A stretch of DNA of 64,000 nt from Candidatus Woesearchaeota archaeon (GTDB taxonomy: Archaea > Nanobdellota > Nanobdellia > Pacearchaeales > GW2011-AR1): assembly GCA_964534185.1 (NCBI GenBank), contig CAZHOH010000003.1, positions 1,955-65,954 on the forward strand. Reading direction: 5' to 3'. Made by a program: the position numbers and the translations under genes. Under the pieces are notes generated by a model. The model did no database searches. It saw only the letters and a list, made by a program, of their open reading frames with translations, and was not told where the DNA came from. Each line of letters starts with the position of its first letter. Positions within the stretch are counted from its first letter, which is position 1. Of this stretch, positions 9,248 through 17,594 are shown one piece after another.

Positions 9248-9288
9248 TCTTATGTAAACTTTAAAAAGATTTTATTCTTAATGTTCTT

Positions 9289-9939
9289 ATGAAAAAGAGT
9301 TGGTTTGCATTATTTTTTGTTTTGATTTTTTTAATTGGTTTTTTTAATTCATTGAATTTAGTTGATGCGCAGATTGCTGGAAATATTGGAGATAGAATTG
9401 GTGAATTGCCTGATAAGGTTGATAATATTAGTAATTCTGGCGAGTATTTGAAACAAGAGTGGAGGAATATTTTATTGGAAAATGTATTTGTTTCTAAAGC
9501 TGATAGCTTTCTTACTTTGTTGAACCCTTTTTTTGTTGTAATTTTTGCAGAAGATTATTCCTTTCTTTCTTCTTTTTGGTTTATTGTTATTTTTTGGTTT
9601 ATTGTTATGTTTTTTGTAGGGAGTAGTTTAAAGGGATTTGGATTTTCTTATTTTGTTTCTTATGCTATTGGTGGAGGTGTTGCAGTAATTTTGGCACAGC
9701 TTAAACTGTTTAGGTTAATTACTGACTTTATTCTTGTTCTTTTATTTAAACCAGAAATTTGGTATGTTAGATTAATTGGATGGATAATATTTATTTTTGG
9801 AATATTAATTATTTTTGCGCTTTCTAAGGCATTAGAAAACTATCTAGAGAAGAGACGAAAGGCTAATGTAGAAGCTGAAACAGAATATAGGCAAAATGTT
9901 TTGAAAAGATTTATAAAAAGTGCTGGATTATCTAATTAG
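9289..9939 (+). CDS. signal-peptide polytopic membrane protein
   Basis: Signal peptide ending NLVDA/Q, multiple TM helices, basic C-terminal tail. Confidence 0.55.
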   Translation: MKKSWFALFFVLIFLIGFFNSLNLVDAQIAGNIGDRIGELPDKVDNISNSGEYLKQEWRNILLENVFVSKADSFLTLLNPFFVVIFAEDYSFLSSFWFIVIFWFIVMFFVGSSLKGFGFSYFVSYAIGGGVAVILAQLKLFRLITDFILVLLFKPEIWYVRLIGWIIFIFGILIIFALSKALENYLEKRRKANVEAETEYRQNVLKRFIKSAGLSN

Positions 9940-10526
9940 TATTCTTTTATAGAGTTTGCTTCTATTTTTGATATTTTTCTTAAAGTATTTAGATTTTTCC
10001 CCTCATAATCTGCTTTATCCAACCCTGCTTTTTTCCCAATTATCTTAATTAGTTTGCTGGCACCATAAGATAAAAGGATTACAATTACTATTGAAAATAA
10101 TAATGCTAGTGCAGACCATTCTTTGAATATATTAAAAAAATTTCCTAAGTCTAAGAAGAAGATTGCCATTTGCTTTACTGCTCCGCTAATGGATATTAAC
10201 ATTGTGATTATTACTGCGCTTATCCATCTTGTAATTTTCCCGTTGAGAAAAGGAGTGTATTGCAATATTGAAGCGATTATTAAGATTAGTATTATGAATA
10301 ATGTTGTGAAGATTATTAATGTTGGTAAGGTTAGTTCTGTTTCTATCCTTAATATGTTTGTGGAGAAAAATCTGAATGCATCAGGTATTGTAATCACTTT
10401 ATTGTCTGAAAGGAGATTATTTAGTTTTTTTATTGGTTCTTCACTTTGACTATTGTTTGTAATTTGAGCACTTATTGGAGTAATTAATACAAACAGGAGC
10501 GTAAGGAAGATAATCACTTTTTTCAT
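9936..10526 (-). CDS. signal-peptide polytopic membrane protein
   Basis: Signal peptide ending PISA/Q, multiple TM helices; convergent with the three preceding genes. Confidence 0.55.
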   Translation of the reverse strand: MKKVIIFLTLLFVLITPISAQITNNSQSEEPIKKLNNLLSDNKVITIPDAFRFFSTNILRIETELTLPTLIIFTTLFIILILIIASILQYTPFLNGKITRWISAVIITMLISISGAVKQMAIFFLDLGNFFNIFKEWSALALLFSIVIVILLSYGASKLIKIIGKKAGLDKADYEGKNLNTLRKISKIEANSIKEY

Positions 10527-10629
10527 AATAGTTTATAGTAAAAACTGTTTAAAATTATTTCTATAAGTTATTTTATTTGTTAGTATTGTTTAATAGTAAC
10601 ATTTATAAAATAAGAAATTCTGAATTTTT

Positions 10630-11394
10630 ATGGGATTAGAGAATATTGTTAGTGAAGAATTTGGAAGCAATAGTTTGAACGTTGGTTTAGATGGAACTTT
10701 AATTCGTCCTTTTAGTTATGTTGGAAGTATTCCTGCGAAAATAATTATGCTTAATAGCAACATGGGTAAGATTCCTAGTGATGAAACTACGAATTATGTT
10801 AGACAATATTTGAAGGATTCTGATTTAGAAAATGTTACTGTTCGTATGGGGCATTCTCGTGTTCTTGAAGATACCTGGAGATTATTTACTGACAAAAAAT
10901 TAAAGGACATTTCTGCATTGGGAAGATATTTTCTTGGTGTACCTTCTACGCTTATTGAAGGAATGATTTCTAAGTTGATGAGGGCAGATTATTATAATCC
11001 TTTTACTCGGACTGCAGTTGTTTATTCTGATGCTCCTGCTGTTGCCTTACATGAATTAGGACATGCTAAGGATTTTAAGGAAAAGAAATGGACTACTGCT
11101 TATTCTTTGCTTAGGTCTTTTCCTCCGGGAGCTCTTTACCAAGAGTTTATGGCATCGAAGAATGCCCATAATGCTTTGCTTGAGGATGAAAGAGTTTATG
11201 GAACTGGAAGGTATTTGATTCCTGCTTTTTCTTCTTATGTTCCAGGGTTATCAAGTGAATTGCCTTATTCTCCTTTAGTTATTGTGGGACATATTGTTGG
11301 CGGAGCTTATAGGCTTTTTGATAAAATAAAGAAAAAATTTAGCGATAATGTTAAGCCTTTGAATACTGCAGAACTTACTATTCGCACTTCTTAA
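10630..11394 (+). CDS. putative zinc metallopeptidase (HExxH)
   Basis: Single HELGH motif (VALHELGHAKDF); no other family signature recognised. Confidence 0.45.
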   Translation: MGLENIVSEEFGSNSLNVGLDGTLIRPFSYVGSIPAKIIMLNSNMGKIPSDETTNYVRQYLKDSDLENVTVRMGHSRVLEDTWRLFTDKKLKDISALGRYFLGVPSTLIEGMISKLMRADYYNPFTRTAVVYSDAPAVALHELGHAKDFKEKKWTTAYSLLRSFPPGALYQEFMASKNAHNALLEDERVYGTGRYLIPAFSSYVPGLSSELPYSPLVIVGHIVGGAYRLFDKIKKKFSDNVKPLNTAELTIRTS

Positions 11395-11410
11395 GTTTTA
11401 TTTTCAAGAA

Positions 11411-11683
11411 TTATCCGAATTCTCTTCGGAAGTCGATAATCTGCGCTGAGCTGACTTCTTCGATTTTTTCCAAAGCTTCTAAGAAAGGGTCTTGGTCTGT
11501 TGTTTCGTCAATAGAGAAAGTGATTATTATTGCTTTTAGTCCGAATGCAATTGGTTCTTGTTCTGTGTTGATGACTTGTCCTTTGAGCTCTTCGATTGTT
11601 TGTTTTGCCTGTTCTTGTATTCTTGCTAAGTCTGAATCTGGTGATTCAGGCATTAATTTCATTTTTATTGCTGCTTTTGCCAT
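11411..11683 (-). CDS. ef1b: translation elongation factor aEF-1 beta
   Basis: 90 aa; MAKAAIKMKLMPESPDSDL...PIAFGLKAIIITFSIDE...AQIIDFRR matches the archaeal EF-1beta pattern. Confidence 0.8.
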   Translation of the reverse strand: MAKAAIKMKLMPESPDSDLARIQEQAKQTIEELKGQVINTEQEPIAFGLKAIIITFSIDETTDQDPFLEALEKIEEVSSAQIIDFRREFG

Positions 11684-11721
11684 GTTAATTTGTGGGGTGA
11701 GGAGTTTTTAAGAGTTTGGGT

Positions 11722-12114
11722 TTATTCTGATTTTTCTAGAATTAGTTTGGTTATTCTTTCAAAATGGTTTGTATTCTTAGTTATTAATTTCTTTTTATTT
11801 GTAATTGCTATCGAAGCAATCATAATGTCTGCAAGATCTATTGATTCTCCTTTTGATTTTAATTCTTCGAATATTTCTGCTGCTTTTTTTGAGGATTCAA
11901 AGTCAAAGTTAAGAATTTGAAAATTGGATAAGAATTCCTTAACTTTTGAAATATCCATTTTTGATGATTTTGGAATTCCTTTGAGGAGTTCAAAAGAATT
12001 AATTGGGGTTGTCGATAATTTTATTCCCTGTTCTTTTAATTTTTGAAATAATTGGATTGTTTTTTGTTCATTTCTAAGGAAGTTTATCAGTATATCTGAG
12101 TCTAGGCAGACCAT
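11722..12114 (-). CDS. vapC: PIN-domain toxin (VapC-like)
   Basis: N-terminal LDSDILINFL with acidic residues spaced as in PIN domains (ADIMIASIA...TKNTNHF); start abuts a small upstream partner gene. Confidence 0.65.
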   Translation of the reverse strand: MVCLDSDILINFLRNEQKTIQLFQKLKEQGIKLSTTPINSFELLKGIPKSSKMDISKVKEFLSNFQILNFDFESSKKAAEIFEELKSKGESIDLADIMIASIAITNKKKLITKNTNHFERITKLILEKSE

Positions 12115-12329
12115 TATTGGAATCTCCTTGATTTTATTTTTCTCTCTTTGTATATATTTTTAGTTATTTTCTCTGCTTCTGATTTTGTTATCGAACCTAC
12201 AAATTTCCTTAATTTATCCTGGCTTTTTTCCTGAGTTATTTCTATGATTATTTGTGAAAAAGACTTTTCGTCTTTTATTTTTTTTAAGTTTTCATATGCT
12301 TCATCTGATATTGAAATTATTTTTGTCAT
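12114..12329 (-). CDS. vapB: VapB-like antitoxin (small partner of PIN toxin)
   Basis: 71 aa; MTKIISISDEAYENLKKIK pattern; its stop overlaps the toxin start codon by 1 nt. Confidence 0.5.
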   Translation of the reverse strand: MTKIISISDEAYENLKKIKDEKSFSQIIIEITQEKSQDKLRKFVGSITKSEAEKITKNIYKERKIKSRRFQ

Positions 12330-12366
12330 ATTTGTATGTATGTATATATGTATTTAAATTTTTCTA

Positions 12367-12768
12367 TTAGAAAATTGTTAATATTTGTTTTGTGTTGAAA
12401 ACGACAACTTTGTTTTGGGTTTTTAGATGAGAATCATTACTCCAAATTGCACATTTTTCTTTTATTGCTAGAGCAAGAGATGGTGCATCATCTTTGTCAG
12501 GAGTGAGAGTTATTGCTTCTTTTAAATTATCTTTATAATAATTAAATTCGATAAATATTATTTTGCTAAATATCTTTTGTTTTCTTTTATTAAATTCTTT
12601 TTTATTTAATTTTGATTTGGTTAAACATTCTTTTTGATGTTTGTTGAATTCTTCTATTATGAATTTTGGAGCGAGGAATATGAATTTTATTGAATGAAAT
12701 ATTTGAGAGTTTGTTGAATTGGGATTCATTAATGAAAAGAGAATGTTGTTATCAATTATTATGTTCAT
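12367..12768 (-). CDS. PIN-domain protein (second toxin candidate)
   Basis: MNIIIDNNILFSLMN... and C-terminal DDAPSLALAIKEKCAIWSNDSHL resemble a PIN-family nuclease; overlaps a small upstream ORF by 17 nt. Confidence 0.5.
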   Translation of the reverse strand: MNIIIDNNILFSLMNPNSTNSQIFHSIKFIFLAPKFIIEEFNKHQKECLTKSKLNKKEFNKRKQKIFSKIIFIEFNYYKDNLKEAITLTPDKDDAPSLALAIKEKCAIWSNDSHLKTQNKVVVFNTKQILTIF

Positions 12769-12991
12769 TCAGTTTTTCAAACCTTCCTTTTTTTGCTTTT
12801 CTGCCAAGTTCAACACTCCATTCAATAAGTTCTTTTTCTTCATTTAATTGTTTTAATAGTTTTTCTTTTAGTTCTAATTGTTGTGCTTTTTCGATTATTG
12901 CTTTTCTAACTAAGCCGCTCCAGTTTACTTCTGGAGAGTTTTTCATTATTTTTCTTATTTCTTCTGGGACTGAGATTGTTATGCTTACCAT
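12752..12991 (-). CDS. ribbon-helix-helix-type antitoxin candidate
   Basis: MVSITISVPEEIRKIMK... beta-strand plus helices typical of CopG/RHH antitoxins; overlaps the PIN gene start. Confidence 0.45.
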   Translation of the reverse strand: MVSITISVPEEIRKIMKNSPEVNWSGLVRKAIIEKAQQLELKEKLLKQLNEEKELIEWSVELGRKAKKGRFEKLNEHNN

Positions 12992-13082
12992 ATAAAAACG
13001 TAATTACGTTAAAATATTTAAATGTTTTGATTTGGCTTTTTTTGGAAAGGTTTATAATGATTAGTTTTTTAATTAATGTAAG

Positions 13083-13976
13083 ATGGGTGATAAAATTAAT
13101 CTTCCTGCTATCTCAAGGAGAGATGTTTTTTCTATTATGGCTGGTGCTGTGGTTTATGCTTTGGTTGGATGTCCTTCTTCGTCGCCAAACCCTAATCCAA
13201 TTCCTAATCCCAACCCTACTCCTGAACCAAGTAATAGATATAGTACTACTGGAGTTCCTGGTTTGAACACTCCTCAAGAAATTCTTTCTAATCCTGCTGT
13301 TAATAATACTATTCAAAGTTTAAGTAATTCTGTAAATTTTATTGTAAGTCCTTTAGTTAATTCTATTAATCCTCCAAATATTGAGGGTAATTATAAATTT
13401 AAGCCTTCACAGAAAGTTCCATATGAAGCAGAGTTAAATGGGGGTGATTTGACATGGAGTAATCAGACTGTTGATAATAAAATTCAGACGGATTACAGGG
13501 AACTTTTGACTGGTGCACCAGGTAGTGCTGTAGGCATTAGTAGGAAAGGAGAAATTATTAGAGGAGAGCAGAGTGGAGATTTTACAGTTTATTCAGTTTT
13601 AGACCAAACCTGGTATATTCAGACTAAGGATATTACTTGTGAATTTGAAGGAGTGATTATTATTGATGGAGAAAAATTACTTTCAGGCAATATTGTTGGA
13701 AGTTATTTTGGGGTTCCTAATAAAGTTATTTCAGGTCCATGCCAATTTAGTCCTGTAGCAGGTTTAATTACTTTTAATAGAACAAAGGCTGGTGAAAAGT
13801 CTGCAGAAGATTTTGATGTTGATTCTGAAGTTCGCGGGGAAGGAAGATATAGTAGATTAGAGAACTTTTATGAATTATTTAGAGGAAAAGAAATTTCTCC
13901 AGAAGTTTATCAAAAAATGAGGAGAAGTGGAGAGTCTGGGGGTTTGGGTGGAATTTTGTTAAGGGATTGTTGTTAG
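13083..13976 (+). CDS. secreted putative lipoprotein
   Basis: Signal peptide with lipobox-like LVGC followed by a Pro/Asn-rich linker (SSSPNPNPIPNPNPTPEPS). Confidence 0.5.
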   Translation: MGDKINLPAISRRDVFSIMAGAVVYALVGCPSSSPNPNPIPNPNPTPEPSNRYSTTGVPGLNTPQEILSNPAVNNTIQSLSNSVNFIVSPLVNSINPPNIEGNYKFKPSQKVPYEAELNGGDLTWSNQTVDNKIQTDYRELLTGAPGSAVGISRKGEIIRGEQSGDFTVYSVLDQTWYIQTKDITCEFEGVIIIDGEKLLSGNIVGSYFGVPNKVISGPCQFSPVAGLITFNRTKAGEKSAEDFDVDSEVRGEGRYSRLENFYELFRGKEISPEVYQKMRRSGESGGLGGILLRDCC

Positions 13977-14039
13977 TTTCTTTTTTAGTGGCATAATGCT
14001 TAAAAAGTCTTGAAGTTATATTTTTGAAAAGAGGTTAAA

Positions 14040-14963
14040 ATGATGCCTAATTATGAACAGTTAATTGATAAAATTGCGAAGTCTGCTGGTTTGAGTGTTG
14101 AAGAGGTGAATAAACGCGTTGATGCTAAGTGTGCTAAGTTATCTGGTTTGATTTCTAAAGAAGGGAGTGCGCAGATTGTTGCTTCAGAGCTTGGGATTAG
14201 TTTTGAAAAAGAGAAGTTGAAGATTTCTGAACTTGTTTCTGGTATGAAAAGAGTTAGTGTTGTTGGGAAGGTGATTAATGAGCCGAGGATAAATGAATTT
14301 AATAAGAATGGTAGAGAGGGGAAGGTTGCTTCTATGACTTTTGCTGATGATACGAGTAATACTCGTTTGGTTTTGTGGGATACAAATCATATTGCACGTT
14401 TTGAAAATAGTGAGTTGAAGAATGGAGATGTTGTTGAGGTTTCTAATGCGAGTGTTAGGAATGATGAACTGCATTTGGGAAGTTTTTCTGAGATAAAAAA
14501 GAGTGATGAGGTTTTGGAGGAGGTTAAGGAGAAGGCAGAGAGTGTTGATAAGAGGGTTGCTGAGTTGAAGCCAGGGAATAGTGCGCGTGTTCGAGGAGTT
14601 ATTGTGCAGATTTTTGAGCCGAGATTTTTTGATGTTTCTAAGGCAACTGGGAGAAAGCCGACGCAGGAGGAATTGGACAATAATACTGAGTTAGAGAAGA
14701 GGGCTTTGATTGGACTTGTTATTGATGATGGGAGTGAGAATATGAGGGGGGTTTTATTTAATGAGCAGATTAAAGAGATTGGTTTTAGTGATGAGGAGTT
14801 GAATAATTCTGAGCTTTTTGCAAAGAAGAGGGGGGAGTTGCTGGGGGAGGAAATGTATTTTAATGTTAATGTGAGGACAAATAATTTGTTTAATAATACT
14901 GAGTTTATTGTTAATGGGATTGAGAAAGTTGAGATTGAGAATTTGATTGAGGTTTTGAAATAA
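14040..14963 (+). CDS. rpa: replication protein A-like ssDNA-binding protein (OB fold)
   Basis: N-terminal helical domain (LSGLISKEGSAQIVASELGI) and OB-fold pattern VSVVGKVINEPRINEFNKNGREGKVASMTFADDTSNTRLVLWD. Confidence 0.65.
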   Translation: MMPNYEQLIDKIAKSAGLSVEEVNKRVDAKCAKLSGLISKEGSAQIVASELGISFEKEKLKISELVSGMKRVSVVGKVINEPRINEFNKNGREGKVASMTFADDTSNTRLVLWDTNHIARFENSELKNGDVVEVSNASVRNDELHLGSFSEIKKSDEVLEEVKEKAESVDKRVAELKPGNSARVRGVIVQIFEPRFFDVSKATGRKPTQEELDNNTELEKRALIGLVIDDGSENMRGVLFNEQIKEIGFSDEELNNSELFAKKRGELLGEEMYFNVNVRTNNLFNNTEFIVNGIEKVEIENLIEVLK

Positions 14964-15146
14964 TTAATTTTATTTATAGAATTGGGAGGTTTTATTTTCC
15001 TCTACATTTTCTGCAAAGTCCTTTGTGTAGTTTTCTGCATTGGCGACATTTTTTCTTTGACATTTAATATTTAGATTTTTAGGGTATATTAATCTTTAGT
15101 TGTTAGGATAAAAAAAGTTTATAATATGGAGATTCTTTGGTTTTTT

Positions 15147-15635
15147 ATGTTGGTGAGAACTCATATTGTGATTGGTGCTTTTTTAGGAATTGTTTTTTGG
15201 AGAGCAGTCGATAGTCCGATTGCTTTTGGGATTATGGTTTTGATTGGGAGTGTTTTGCCTGATATTGATAATGCTTTTTCGAATGTTGGGAGTTTTGCGA
15301 ATGTTAGGAATAATACTGCAGGCAATAATGTTTTTGGAAATATGATGCAGGGTTTTCAGGAGCATAGGGGTTTTATCCATAGTTTGACTTGTGCTTTTAT
15401 TTTGTCGGTTGTTTTAGCTGTTTTTATTCCTGTTCTTGCTTTTGGATTTTTTTTAGGTTATGCAATTCATTTATTTGCAGATAGTTTTACTCGTGAGGGT
15501 GTTGTGCCTTTTTGGCCTTATTCTGGACGGGCGCATGGTATGCTGGTTAAGGGGAGTATGAGTGAGAGGGCGATATTTTTTGTGTTTGCTTTTTTAGATA
15601 TTGTTGCTGTTTTGCTTTATTTTATTGGGTTTTAG
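15147..15635 (+). CDS. membrane-bound metal-dependent hydrolase (DUF457/YdjM-like)
   Basis: MLVRTHIVIGAFLG...LPDID...HRGFIHSL motifs. ATG 15147 chosen because the TATA (tttataat, ~15115) sits about 25-30 nt upstream. Confidence 0.55.
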   Translation: MLVRTHIVIGAFLGIVFWRAVDSPIAFGIMVLIGSVLPDIDNAFSNVGSFANVRNNTAGNNVFGNMMQGFQEHRGFIHSLTCAFILSVVLAVFIPVLAFGFFLGYAIHLFADSFTREGVVPFWPYSGRAHGMLVKGSMSERAIFFVFAFLDIVAVLLYFIGF

Positions 15636-15752
15636 GCGTTGTCCGGAATAGATTTTTTGGATTAGAATAGATTAGCAGAACCAGATTAATTCTGAGCAAC
15701 GCTAAAAAGGTTTTGTCATAATTGGGGAGAATTTGTTATTCCGGACAACGCC
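15635..15752. repeat. 118-bp element closed by a perfect 16-bp GC-rich inverted repeat
   Basis: GGCGTTGTCCGGAATA (15635-15650) and its exact reverse complement TATTCCGGACAACGCC (15737-15752) enclose 86 nt that contain an inner CAGAA/TTCTG hairpin. Confidence 0.7.
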
Positions 15753-15795
15753 GGGTTTTAAGAACTTTTATAAAGTAGTTTTTTTGTTGATTTTT

Positions 15796-16221
15796 ATGGC
15801 ATATGAACAGCTTGATAGGATTTTGGAAAGACATAAAGAGAAGTATGCAAGTTATGTAGATTTTTCTGGAGGAAGTAGTTTTTCTGATGCAAAGAATTTA
15901 TTGCTTGTAATGGATTTTGCAATTGAAGGTATTCGGAATGAGAGTAAGGAGAGGGAAGAAAAAATTAGATATTTGAGACATTTTTTAATTTCTGCTATTG
16001 GCTTGGAAGATTATTTTACTGCTCTTGATATGGATGAAAGTTTTAGAAATGCGGAAATTAATGGGGATGAATTAGATGAGGTTGTTGGATTTCCTGATTT
16101 GGCGAAATACTGTAATTCTCCTGATGGGATTATAGAGCAAAAAAGATTTTTTAGTGATATTGATTCGTGGAGGAAACCTTATTATGCGCGACTTTCTAGG
16201 CAGAGACTGGAAGAAAGGTGA
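15796..16221 (+). CDS. hypothetical protein
   Basis: ATG 15796 lies about 25 nt downstream of ttttataaag; the track extends the ORF upstream through the inverted repeat from a TTG. Confidence 0.5.
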   Translation: MAYEQLDRILERHKEKYASYVDFSGGSSFSDAKNLLLVMDFAIEGIRNESKEREEKIRYLRHFLISAIGLEDYFTALDMDESFRNAEINGDELDEVVGFPDLAKYCNSPDGIIEQKRFFSDIDSWRKPYYARLSRQRLEER

Positions 16222-16255
16222 GTTTTTGTAAAACAACCTTCAGATTGGAATAATC

Positions 16256-16263
16256 TTTATAAA
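16256..16263 (+). promoter_or_regulatory. TATA box upstream of radA
   Basis: tttataaa centred about 25 nt before ATG 16285. Confidence 0.5.
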
Positions 16264-16284
16264 GTTAATATTTGAATTTAATGT

Positions 16285-17292
16285 ATGACTAAAGCAAAAG
16301 AGGTTGAGAAGGCAACTGATAAAGAAATTGAAAAAGAGGAGCCGCAACTGGGTGATTTACCTGGTATTGGTCCTGCTGCAATTGCAAAGCTTGAGGCTGC
16401 CGGGATTTTTGATTTAATGGGTGTTGCTACTATGACTCCGCCGCAGCTTTCTGAGTTGACAGGGTTGGGTGAGAGTGTTGCGCGTAAAGCGATTCAGGCT
16501 TCCCGTGGGATGTTGGATTTGGGGTTTATGGATGGGAGTGAGTTTGAAAAAAAGAGACAGGATGTTCATTATGTTACTTCAGGTTCTAAAAATATTGATA
16601 ATTTGTTAGGAGGTAAGGGGATTGAAAGTAAAGCGATTACTGAGGTTTTTGGGGCTTTTGGAAGTGGTAAGACGCAGTTAGCTTTGGCTTTGGCTGTTAA
16701 TGTTCAGTTACCTAAAGAGAGTGGGGGGGCTAATGGAAAGGCAGTTTATATTGATACAGAAGGGACATTTAGGCCAGAGAGGGTGAAACAGCTTGCACAG
16801 GGTATTGGTGCTAATTCTGAAAAAGTTTTGAAGAATATTTTTGTTGCAAGGGCTTTTAATTCTGACCACCAGATTTTGTTGATTGAGAAAATTAATGAAA
16901 TGGTTAAGAATGGAGAGCAGATTAAACTTTTGATTGTTGATTCTTTGACTGCGCATTTTAGGGCAGAGTATTCTGGGCGGGGGCAGTTGGCTGACAGACA
17001 GCAGAGGTTGAATAGATATTTGCATGATTTGATGAAGCTGGCTGAACAGAGGAATATTGCTGTGCTTGTTACTAATCAGGTTATGGCAAATCCTGCGCTG
17101 ATGTTTGGAGATCCTACGACTGCGATTGGTGGGAATATTGTTGCGCATGCTTCTACTTATCGGGTTTATTTGAGGAGAGGGAGGAAGGATACAAGAGTTG
17201 CGAAGTTGATTGATAGTCCTAATTTGCCAGATAATGAGACTGTTTTTATGGTTACAACTGATGGGTTGAAGGATGTTGTTTTGAAGGAATGA
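16285..17292 (+). CDS. radA: DNA repair and recombination protein RadA
   Basis: N-terminal HhH ([17 protein letters not shown]), Walker [10 protein letters not shown], Walker B LLIVDS, overall RadA/Rad51 pattern. Confidence 0.95.
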   Translation: MTKAKEVEKATDKEIEKEEPQLGDLPGIGPAAIAKLEAAGIFDLMGVATMTPPQLSELTGLGESVARKAIQASRGMLDLGFMDGSEFEKKRQDVHYVTSGSKNIDNLLGGKGIESKAITEVFGAFGSGKTQLALALAVNVQLPKESGGANGKAVYIDTEGTFRPERVKQLAQGIGANSEKVLKNIFVARAFNSDHQILLIEKINEMVKNGEQIKLLIVDSLTAHFRAEYSGRGQLADRQQRLNRYLHDLMKLAEQRNIAVLVTNQVMANPALMFGDPTTAIGGNIVAHASTYRVYLRRGRKDTRVAKLIDSPNLPDNETVFMVTTDGLKDVVLKE

Positions 17293-17293
17293 A

Positions 17294-17352
17294 AGGAAAC
17301 CTAAGGTTTCTTCTCTCACACCTTCCTAAAAGAGCTTGCTGATGCAAGTTGT
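17294..17352 (+). repeat. 59-nt hairpin-rich intergenic element, copy 1
   Basis: 55/59 identical to 32949-33007: AGGAAACCTAAGGTTTC...CCTTCCTAAA...CTTGCTGATGCAAGTTGT. Begins 2 nt after the radA stop. Confidence 0.8.
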
Positions 17353-17594
17353 AAGGTAAGTAAAATGTCCCTTCCTAAAGATGGACAATGAAGTTGTCTT
17401 GTTGAATGAAAATGAATTCTCAAAAAACGATTTTGGTTGCAATTGCATTTTCTACTTTTTTTTGGGTGTTTTAATTGTTTTGCTTGGATTTATTTTTAGT
17501 TTTAGAAATTTGAATTTTGTGTTTGTTTTATTTGACTTTTAATTGGGTTATTTAGTTCAATAATCTTTTTATATTTGTAAGAGGTGGAATTTGT

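Noticed and set aside
15635-15752. tRNA, C/D-box or H/ACA sRNA inside the inverted-repeat element.
   Set aside because: No cloverleaf can be drawn. There is no RUGAUGA C box (only one CTGA) and no ACA-type 3' motif. Kept only as an unexplained repeat or structure.
16708-17319. 203-aa ORF antisense to radA, and similar long antisense ORFs (e.g. 6689-7009, 17754-18113, 41581-41928, 46706-47161, 62122-62571, 62749-63111).
   Set aside because: They overlap confidently identified genes and have low-complexity N/I/P/L/K-rich translations. They are probably by-products of the extreme strand composition bias rather than genes.
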